Shown piece by piece: positions 44,901-64,000 of a stretch of DNA of 64,000 nucleotides. The DNA is taken from assembly GCA_037447605.1 (NCBI GenBank), contig CM074804.1:2418001-2482000 (forward strand), in the 5' to 3' direction. Numbering within the stretch: position 1 is the stretch's first letter; each line of letters starts with the position of its first letter. The notes under the pieces are model-generated. The model ran no database searches. It was not told the origin of the DNA and saw only the letters and a list, made by a program, of their open reading frames with translations. This stretch comes from Zygnema circumcarinatum SAG 698-1b (taxonomy: Eukaryota; Plantae; Zygnematophyceae). The position numbers were made by a program, and so were the translations under genes.

Positions 44901-47900
44901 AATAAATATTTTCAATTGTAGCCCACCTGTGCTCTTGGAGCCAGTATAGATCTCCCTCGGGCCAAAGCTCTTCTGTGCTTATAACCGCGTTAAGGAGCGT
45001 GATGTGACGCCTCAACACATGTAACAGTGCCGTTTCCGTATACTCCGACAGACTAGCGATTGCATGTAACCCCTTCAATATGACTGGGAGCGTTACTTTA
45101 ATCGGTTCTGGAACGAACATGAGAGCCTTTCTCAAAACTTCATCTTTTCTCCTCTTGTAATATGTGGGCCCATCCGCCAATAGGAGAAGTCTTTGAGAAA
45201 ACTTCGTCGATTCTAATAGGCATTCATCAAGCGCTCTAAGGAGGGAAAAGAAGAGACCCGGAAGCCATGACTGGAAGTTATTTGTGAAATACCGAGTGGG
45301 AGTCGAGGGCGACATAGAACACAGCGGTTCCGTTGTAGAATTAGGGTTTACATCAATACAGAAAGCCGTCGAACTGACGCACGTGTCCCGCCCCTTAGAG
45401 TTTCCAGATGAGGGAAAAATGGGAATTCTGGTATTGTCGCGGGTAGAGAAAGGAGGAGGGAGAGAGGAAGAATGCGTGGAACGAGTGGTAGAGGAGGACC
45501 CTCCCGCACAGAGTACTGAAGAGAAGGGAGGAGAGGGAGGGGAGTGAGAGGGAATGTGGGAGTGAGAGTCGGAGCTGGACATTGATAGCCAGGGAGCCAG
45601 ATTTGGCGTAGTCGTGACAGGAAATGCCTCCCTTCCGAGGCCTGGATTTGAAAAATCTTCGCTCAAATCGCCCCTTAGTTTCAACTCCGGAAAATTTCGC
45701 ACCTCCTCCCTCAAAATTCTCCCCTCCCGATTGGCTGTGAAGCTTCCGAAAGACGGCAGACCGTTCACAGGGAACGCTCCGTCGTAAACGGAAGGAGTCG
45801 GCATGGAACTCGCTGTCTGCAACGGAACAGTTCCAGTGAAGCTTGTCGGTGGCTCCGCAGTGCTATGCGTCGTTGTTCTGTTGCGGACAATGGTTCCTAT
45901 GTCGACCGTTTTGCAGTACGGAACTGCTTTGCATAGAGGCACGGCGAAGGTGGCGAACGCTTCCGCGTCACGGAGCTCTAACGGAACAGCGAGGTTCTCT
46001 GTTGTACCGGCCGTAAGAGCAGTGAGGTCCCGCAGACCCCTCTCCACTTTGGCTGCTGCCTGCCATTCCGAACACGCAATTCAAACAAAGAAAGGTCTGT
46101 GAGTTATAAAAAGAGAAGAGAAGTACAAATTTTGTAAAGTGGTTTCTGACTTTTGGGTAAGCCAATTCGGTTGAGCATCATTGACGAACATCAACAGCTT
46201 CAGCTTGTTACGTTAGTCAGTCATTCAATCAAAACAGTTAGCATATTTAAGTTGAATCGGTCACTAACTTAATTGACCCATTAACCGTATCAATTAACTT
46301 GTCGACTAAAAAAGGGTAAAAAAGCGAAAAGCGTTAACAAACCATATTCAATATTCGTCCGTGGACTACGAACCAGTTCAAGCTTTCGCATCAAGCAAGC
46401 TCCGTAAAGCTCCATGCAATTCCATGCAGCCCCATCAGTGCCGTACAGACGCATGCATGCATGCATCCTCTCGTGCCTTCGGTCGAAATTTAGGCCCAAA
46501 AGTACAATCCCATACACAAGCGAACCATTTCGTACTCAGAGCCCAAAATTGGTCCCACATTGCTCTGTTTCGTACAGTGGCGTACGCCGTACATACCTTG
46601 TGCAGGAAGGGCCAGAGGTTCCGTACGATCCAGTCGGGCGGGCGGTTGAGGGCCGCCGAGCCGCGTCGCGCCAAAAGCCGTACGAGCGCCGCGCGACACG
46701 TGGCGGCGAGGCGGTCGCCCTGGCCCTGGCCCTCGAGCAGCGCCGCGAGCTCGACCACGACCGCGCTGCTCCGCTCCTGCGCCGCGCGGGCCGCCGAGGG
46801 GAGGCTCGACGCGAACAGGGCCAGGACTGGGAGGGAGAGGCGATCAATCAAAGCGAGGGAGAGAGAGAGAGAGGGAGAGGGGGGGAGAGAGAGAGGGGGG
46901 GAGAGAGAGTGGGAAGAGGGAGAGGGAGGGGGCGAGAGGAGGGAGGGAGAGAGACAGGGGGGGGGAGAGAGAGGGGAGAGAGAGGGGAGGAGAGGGTGCG
47001 GAGAGAGCGAGGGGGAGAGAGAGAGGGGAGAGAGAAAGGGAGAGAGAGGGGGGAGAGAGGGGGGCAGAAAGGAGAGAGGGAGAGAGAGAGAAGAGGAGCT
47101 TGTCAGTATACAAAGAACAGCACAGCCGTAAACCCTAGAAAACATCAAACGCCGAACTTCAAAATAACTCAAGAGTTTAACCCCCTCGATGCACCAAGCT
47201 CTGAGAGACTCAAAGTTGTCTCTCTCCCTCCCCCTCGCTCTCCCTCTCTCTCTCCCTCCCCCTCCCGCGCACCTTCCTCATCCAGAAAGCTCTGAATGCA
47301 CTCCTCCGCAAATGCCGCCTTGCAGTGGAGGAGACCCACCAACACCTTTGGCCCTCCAGCCATTCTGCCACCAAAAACATAAAAAAACAAAAAATAGAAG
47401 GATAATGAAAAAAAGAATATCACATAAACAAATAGCCAAAAAGAAACAAGTCATGTAGGTGGGTTTCCAGGTTTTTTGGTGCAGCAATGAAGCTCATAGG
47501 GTTTTAGAGATGCAGAGTTTAGGGGAATTGGTTAGGGTTAGGTACAAGGGTTTCAGGCTTCTATGGTTTCAGGGTATTGGAGTTATGGAGACTTAGGGTT
47601 TAAGGGTTCAAGCCGCACCGAAACGCTTCTATGTATTCCGTCAGGCGTTGGCTCCACCCCTCCATTCCGCCTTTGCTTGTGTCCAAAACGCGCGTCCAGA
47701 ACACCATCAGAGACTGCTTGATTCTCGCCTCCTGAGTCTGTTCAAAAAGGCCAAACTTAAATATGCTTAAAATGAAAATCACTCGAGGAAAATTCAATTA
47801 CAAAATAACAAAAAGAAGTTCATTATCCATAAGTCTTGACTCTGTCACACTCTCCTCCATAAAGTCAAGGAACATAAATGCAAAAAAAAAAAAAACAAGA

Positions 47901-49091
47901 AACAAAAAAACAAAAAAACACCCTTTTTCCAACATCTACAATCCCCAAATAAAATATGAAGAACCGTACTTTTGCCATCCGTAACCCAGTTCGGGATGTG
48001 GGATTTTCCCCTGAAGGTTCTTTAGCCCCCTTTCCCCCATTTCCTCCTTTCTCCCCTTTTTTTTCGCCCTTCGTCTCCGCACAATTTTCCGACTCCCTCT
48101 CGCCGCCGACTGCGAGCGCCTCCCCTGCCGGGTCCCCCGTCCTCCAATCAGAGTCCGCCAGCTGGCGGGCGGCGTCCGCCATTTCAGCCACAAGCAGCCA
48201 AACCTCCGGACAGGCTGTCGAGCGCAATCTCGAGACCAGATTCAATGTACAGTCCTGTGCCACGTGGCACTCTGCCAGAGTGGCAGATTCCAGGAGCTGC
48301 CGCCCATTGAACAGCAGCCGTTGCTCCGTGGTCGGAATTCCAGTTCGAGCCCTGCACCAACGGAACCCCTCGTTCCATGAGGAAGACTCTCAGTTTCAGT
48401 TCTTCAGTTACGTTTAGAGTCGTGGTGTTAGTTTCCGCCCATTTCTTTCGTTCTTTTATTTATCGAACTTTATTTTTCAAACGGTTTATAAGAAATGTTA
48501 CCTGATTTGGGCCATCACCAATTCCACCCGCTCGTTCCGATTGGCTCTCATAACCAAATTTCGGTTGTTATGAAGTGTCCGAACAAAGAACTGTACACTC
48601 TCCTCTCTCTTCTCACTCTCCTCCACTCTCCCTCCCTCTCCATCCTTGCCCCTCCCCCCCTCCCCTTCCCTCGCCCTCTCCCCCTCCCCTCCCACCCCTC
48701 GAAAGCGGCTCCCCCTCTCTCCCCAACGTCTTCCGCTCTGCGGAGTCGAGTCCACTCCACCCACCCCCTCTCTCACAAGGCTCTCTATGGATCTCACTCC
48801 ACTCTCTCTCCCTCTCTCTCCACACCTCTCCTTTCCAGAGAAGGGCTCTTCAGAAACTTCCCGAACACTCCTGTGTTGTCGTTTTCCTCGCCTTTCTGGC
48901 TCTGAATCTCTTCCTGAAGTGGCCGGCACATGCACTCGTTCCATGACTCCGTAAGAGAAGCTCTGCTCGGCTTTCCGTTTTCGGCTCAAATGACGGTCCT
49001 GTTCCACATGCTCCAGCTTTCTTGATTCTGTAAATGAAACTGAATTACACAATGCACATCTTCCTGCCAACAGCACACGCGGAGTCCCCAT
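41945..49091 (-). CDS. UPL5: HECT E3 ubiquitin ligase with N-terminal ubiquitin-like domain (UPL5 type)
   Basis: RKRK NLS; UBL VQFFVRTL..GIPTTEQRLLFNGRQLLESATLAECHVAQDCTLNLVSRLRST; GPKVLVGLL..AEECIQSFL; HECT VRFAHEEGAGGGVLREW, LMYFKFAGR, DVADWEAHTDYHGY, and catalytic HLPTAHTCFQQLLLPPY, ending FGFV*. The start is uncertain: an in-frame upstream exon near 49803-49900 is possible. Confidence 0.9.
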
Positions 49092-50279
49092 ACAGCAAGC
49101 CAGCTAGCCCTCCCTCCCTCCTTCCATTCCTTCCTCTATCCCTCCCCCCTTCCCTTGTCCTCTCTCCCTCCCTCCCTCCTTCCCTTGCCCTCTCTCCCTC
49201 CCTCCCTCCCTCCTTCCCTCCCTTGCCCTCCCTCCCTCCATCCCTTCCTCCCTCATCCCTCCCTCCCTCCTCCCCCTCCCTCCTCTACCTCCCTCCCTCT
49301 CTCCCTCCCTCCTCCCCTCTCTCACCCTTCCCCCCTCCCTCTCTCCCTCCTAGCTCCCTCCCCACTCTCACCCTTCCCCCCTCTCTCCCTCCCTCCCTCC
49401 CTCCCTCCNNNNNNNNNNCCCCCCACCCCTTCCAACCACACTTATGATCATCTCCCTCTCCCTTTTCCATACTCTGCCTCCCACCCTCTCCTCTTTCACT
49501 TCTCCATTCCTCCATCTCCGTCTCCTTCCTCACCCCCTCCCCCACTCAACCTCCCTCCTTCTCTCTCGCCTCCATCCGTCCCTATATCCTCCAAACCCTT
49601 CAGCCCCCCTCTTAAGAATCCCATGTATTATCTCCTTCCTCTCCCACACCCCTCCCCCAGTCCAGCTACATCCCTCTCTCTCCCCCTTCCACCCTCTCCC
49701 TTCTTACCCTCTCTCTCTCCCATCCTCTCCCTCACTTCCCCTCCTTCCTGTCCTTATCCATCCTCCTCCTCGCCACCCTCACCACAATTAGAATTCAGCA
49801 CCCACCTGCTGTTCACCCGCCCGGTCCTCTACCGCCGTTGACCTGCTGCCGCCCTCCTCTTCGGACGGCCCATATTCCATCAGCGCTCCACCAATCCTCC
49901 TGATTCCCAGCCACGCCTTGAACCCTCCTCTGCTTCACACCCTAATTCCTCCCTTCCTGTGCTTTCCATAAAGTCACTGCCGACGCCTGTCAAACATATA
50001 TACCCAAGCCTGGTCCTGTGTCTATGGGCATAAGGCTGCAGCATGCATGGCTACGGCATGGCATGGCATGGCATGGCCCTCAAGCGGAGGATGGATGCAT
50101 GCGAGATAAGAGCTTCACCCCCCATGGCTGCCTCCTAGCGGGAAAGGGAGAGCGAGTGGCAGAGGGAGGCAGGGAGAGAGCTGCCCTGCCAGGCCTGTCC
50201 GTACACTTCTCCACAAAACTATTTCCACCCCGGGGCCACGTCAACTCATACCTTGAGATCTGGATAAAGTTCAAATCCG

Positions 50280-51400
50280 GTCCCTCGTGACCGAAACGCT
50301 GCCATTAACGAATGGTCGAGTGCCACGTGTGCACAACAGCGACAGCCTTGCAGCGGAAACTGTTTTCGGGCAGCCCATCCTGCCCACGAAACTTGTCGCC
50401 AGCGTCGGGCAGCTGGGAAGGGCCGGCGGCGAGCGGAGTTTTTTTTTTTTTTTTCCCCTGACAAGGCGGCCGCGTGGGGCGGCGTTTGTCGTTTTTCCGG
50501 CGGAGGTCACGCCGCGCGCCACAGAAACTTGGAGGGCTCCGCCAATCAGAGCCCGCGGGTGGCCCCCTCCCACGAGGCACCGAATCTTTTGGTCCGACGT
50601 GGCGTCTCTCGTGGCTCGGACTGAGTTTCAATTAGGGCACTAGATTCTTCCGCTGACGTGGAGGTGCTTCTAGGGAGCTCCTGACGTGCCACGTGGCGTC
50701 TCGGTGGCCTCCAGAATTCAACCGGTCAAAGGGCGTGCCTCGAAAATGTCGGCGCGAGCACGTGATCCGCTTCGCGCGCGTGGTCAGAATCGGATTGCGC
50801 GCCAGCGGGATGCGGCCACGTCAGTGGGTGGATCCGCGCGGACGGCGGCGCGATACGGGGATCTTAGTAGGAGGCGATCTCCACTCTGAGGCGTCCGATG
50901 AGATCCTTCTCAATCTCACCATGTGTACGGCCTCCCTGTGAGCCACGAACCTCTCGGGACCAGGATTGCCGGCTATTTATATATAATTTATTTACCGCGG
51001 TGGTAGAAATAAACGACTGAGGCTACGTGCGGTGCAACTACAGAGGCGTTCCATGCGAAACTATATGTAGTTACAGTGGTCAACTGTTAAGTTCTACAGG
51101 ATATTTCCGTTCCATGTTGGAGCGTTGAAAAAACAGAACCGTACCAGGCGTGCCACCACGTGGCGTTTCGTCCCACACGCGGAGAGCGCTGATTGGCTGG
51201 CGCCGGACCCAAAAGAACCCTGTGCCACGTGGCGCACAGGGAGGCCCTTGGCGCTGACGGGCCTCCCTCGCAGCCAATCAGAATGCGCAGAGGCAATCCC
51301 GTGAAACCCGCTGAAGCTGCCACGCTACCAATGTGTACGGGTCTGTCCGTACAGTTCCCTCCCTCCCTCCCTCCCTCCCTCCCTCCCCCTGCTCCCAGCC
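50280..51400. promoter_or_regulatory. Divergent promoter region between UPL5 and the sugar transporter, rich in G-box and CCAATCAG motifs
   Basis: CCACGTGG at 50689, 51157 and 51225. CCAATCAG at 50542 and 51274, and on the reverse strand at 51189. Confidence 0.6.
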
Positions 51401-51881
51401 ATGGCGGATGCCAGAAGCTCCTGTGCTGCCATCATCCCCATGAATGCTTCTTGAATTGAGACTGCCCTGAAGACTGAAATAGAGCTGGAATAGAGCTGGA
51501 ATAGAGTGAAGCGGGGGGGCAGGAGATTTATGAGGCCAGCAAGCACGGTGAAACTGTAGCAGCGCTGAAGAGTTAGCGGTGCAGGCAACTGTAGTTGTAG
51601 CTGGAGCTCCGGTTCTGGCTGCAGCTGCAGGGAAATGCCTGCATTCTAGGGTTTGAGTCCATTTTTTTACTGTAGCGCATCTGTAGCTAAGGACTGTGAC
51701 TGTAACCGTAGCCACAGCGAAGGGGGAGGAGGGAAAGGAACGGCCGAGGGAAGACAGTAAAGGAAATTCCAATCTTATCTTGGTTTCTTTAGAAAATCGA
51801 GATAATTTCTATTATTTCAATTTGATTTCTTGGGTTTGTGCTTTTTTTTAATTCCTTTTCGGTTTTAAAGGTGGTTGAAGT

Positions 51882-61234
<9,353 letters not shown>

Positions 61235-62665
61235 CCACTCACCGCTCACCGCCCGACCGGGAATACAGTAATAATAAAATGGGCTCGGAGGAAACCCGGT
61301 GTGATGCGTTCGCGCTGGTTGGTGTCGAGTTTTTGAGGGCGGCTTTTTGTGGCTTTGTTAGAAAGTTGGTGCTGGAGTTGTGTGCGCGTGAAACTGTAAC
61401 AAGGGCTTTCATATGTTGTAGCAATGTTGTCGAGTACGACAAAATGTTCATAATGCATGTTCAGTTGTCACAATTGTGCATCGTGTCGATTCCAGACTGT
61501 TCACACTGAAGAATTTTCCAAGTGAGCCTCCGAGTGCACAAGTTGGGACCAATGACAAAAATCCACGTCATCAGTCTATATCCGCCCAGACAGCCTATCT
61601 TTCCACGTCAGACTGACATACAAATAACTCCCATCGCCCTACGCGACAAGGCCAGGCAACGCCAGGGGCTCCGCACAGAGAATAAATGTACGGTCAATAA
61701 TTACATTGTTGTCGTTTAGAGCGAATCAGAGAGGCAGAATGGAGGATGCAAAGAACCCGACAAAAGTCAACGTGCCCAACAAACAAATGCGCCACGTGGA
61801 CCAGTCCGAATGCACCACGTTAACAAAGATTCAGTACCCGCCATTCTGGTGGGGCCACGTGGAGGCCTCCCCCCGGAAGATCGAAGTTTCTGCTGCGGAA
61901 CCTGCGCGAGTGCCGGCGGGAGCTGGCCACGTGTCGGCCTGCGAATAGGCCACAGAGACCTCCATTCAGGGTGCTGGGACCAATCACAGCGCGTCACGTT
62001 TCTAAACCTGCACACGTGGCTGACCAGCATTGGCCCCCGGTTCAGCCGGGCACCTTCCGGCCGCAGTCGCGGCGCGGCGCGCGCAGAGGGCGAGCGGCGG
62101 CCGCGGGCGGGCGAGGGGGCGGGAGGGCGGCCGGCCGCCCGCCATTCGGGCGGGGCGCTCAGCCGTCCGCCCGCTCCCCACCGACCAGCCCGTCCTCGCC
62201 CCTCTCTCTCCTCTGTCAACTTTCTCCTCTCTCTCCTCTCTCTCCCCTGTCTCTACTTTTCCGACCCTCTGTCTACCCTCTGTCTCCCCTTCGCCCCTCT
62301 CTCTCCTTCTCTCCCTTGCGTGCTCCCTTTTCCGCCACCCTCACTTCCCCGCCGAGACACTTTCTTCTCGACATAACTTTCGCTGTTCCTAATTCCTAAC
62401 TCTCTCACACTTGCTCTCTTGTCTCTCCCACATCTCCCCCCCTCTCACACTCTCTCGACATCCTCCTTTCTCTTCTCATGTTAGATCCCCCCACTTAGCC
62501 TGCCTGCATGCCAGATCTCTTCCTTGTCTTGTCCAGTCCTCCCTCGGGCGCCTCCCCCCACATGTTCCATTCCCCTTTTTTCCCACGCACGCCTCTCTCT
62601 CCTTTCTCACCCCTTCATCCCTCTCCCCATCTGGCTGCTGCTTCAACATTGCGAGTCAGCCACTC

Positions 62666-63337
62666 ATGGAACCCGTCCATTCGACAGAGCAGATGTCTTA
62701 TACAACGTGGGAAATATCGCAATATGGAAAACCTGAACGCCGGCATCCTCAGTTCGAATTTCCGGAGAGATCCCTCTCATTATCAACTGCGAAAAACAAA
62801 CGTCTCACCCCAAAGAAAATTGCTCCTCCATTTAACGAACAAAGGCCAGTAAGGCGTTTTTCGACTGAGCACGAAAGCTCTCTTTCAAGTGCCAGTAGCG
62901 CCTCCAGCGACAGCAACCAAAGCGGAGGCAGCGCACATGGAAACGGTAAACCAGAGGGAAGCTTAAGTAGACATGGAAACAGTTCGCTTTCTAGAGGGGC
63001 TTCATGGCCCAGTCCCACGGTCAGAAACCCAAACGGCTTAAGCAGACTCATGCTCCATGGCAGTGCGGACAAGCGGGGGCTCTTGTCCGCTGATGACAAT
63101 GGAAACAACGGGCCGCTGTTGAAACGGAAACGGCCACCAAAACTGGAAATTCCGGCCATGGAACTGAATGCGGGACTTGGACATTGTGGCAGTGCGAGTG
63201 GGAGCCCTTTGAATGAGGTGAAGCTGGACGGTTCGTTCTATGCGGTTTACTCCAAACGAGGGAAGGGACGTGTTCTTGAAGACTCTTACGAGGTGATCCC
63301 GGAGGTCGGGGGAGACGTGACTCAGGTGAAAGGAGAA

Positions 63338-63393
<56 letters not shown>

Positions 63394-64000
63394 GCCCTCT
63401 CTATCTATCGGATTGCAGGTTGATCTCCCTATCTCTCACTCTCTCTTGCTCACTCTCTCTCCCACCCTCTCCCTCCCCCTCTACCATCACTTTTCCCGCT
63501 TCATTTACTCTTTCTCCAACTTGCCAACTTCAAGAAAACCTGCAAATTTCCTGCAGGCACTTTTTGGTGTCTACGATGGTCACGGCGGAAGAAAAGCGGC
63601 CGACTACGTCGCCCAGCACTTAGCGCGGAACATCATCGGAGCCATGGCTGCCCTTGGAGATCATGATGAAGCATTGGGGGACGCAGTCCGCCATGCATAT
63701 TTAAGAACCGATCGAGACTTCCTTCAAGAGGTACCTCCCGAGGAAATGTCCATCTGTTGAATCTGCGTTGCCTCCGAACGTGAGTGCTGATACAGAGCGA
63801 TGGCGCGGGGCAGGGGGCGAGCAGCGGGGCGAGCTGCGTGACGAGCGTTATGAAGGGCGGGAATCTGGTCGTGGCGCATGCGGGGGACTGCCGCGCTGTG
63901 CTCTGCCGCAAGGGAGTCGCAGAGGCGCTCACGGAGGACCATCGGGCGTCAAGGGAGGACGAGAAAGAAAGGATAGAAAGATTGGTGAGGATATTGGCAT
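62666..64000 (+). CDS. Protein phosphatase 2C, clade B (AP2C/MP2C MAPK phosphatase type), 3' end outside window; exons 62666-63325, 63557-63730, ~63815-63984
   Basis: Kinase-interaction motif LKRKRPPKLEIP; YAVYSKRGKGRVLED; FGVYDGHGGRKAADY; SGASCVT; LVVAHAGDCRAVL; ALTEDHRASREDEKERIE. Confidence 0.92.

Overview
Gene-dense eukaryotic nuclear DNA, most likely from a streptophyte green alga or early land-plant relative. This is inferred from land-plant-like orthologues, GT-AG introns and TTTAGGG-like motifs. I could reconstruct 12 protein-coding genes, all intron-containing except DRP4: (+) a catalytically degenerate soluble-pyrophosphatase paralogue with a long C-terminal extension; (+) a small NudC/CS-domain co-chaperone; (+) synaptotagmin SYT4/5; (+) an intronless Mx-like dynamin (DRP4); (-) a bHLH IVc (ILR3-like) factor; (-) ICME carboxylesterase; (+) a DUF2062 membrane protein; (-) a nardilysin-like M16 peptidase; (-) a small orphan plastid-targeted single-TM protein; (-) the HECT E3 ligase UPL5; (+) a pGlcT-like sugar transporter whose first intron holds a ~4.3 kb composite dinucleotide array and a 210-bp exon-end duplication; (+) a clade-B PP2C cut off by the window end. 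I found no tRNA, rRNA, CRISPR array or intact transposase. The most notable observations are the apparent pseudo-PPase, the intronless Mx/DRP4 with six GTAC cores in 70 bp upstream, recurring GTAC/G-box/CCAATCAG promoter motifs, sub-kb GC3 mosaicism between exons of the same gene, introns made of G4-prone hexamers or degenerate telomere arrays, and two GC-AG introns. All exon models are manual, family assignments are from memory of the protein families rather than database searches, and most very long ORFs in the ORF track are repeat artefacts.
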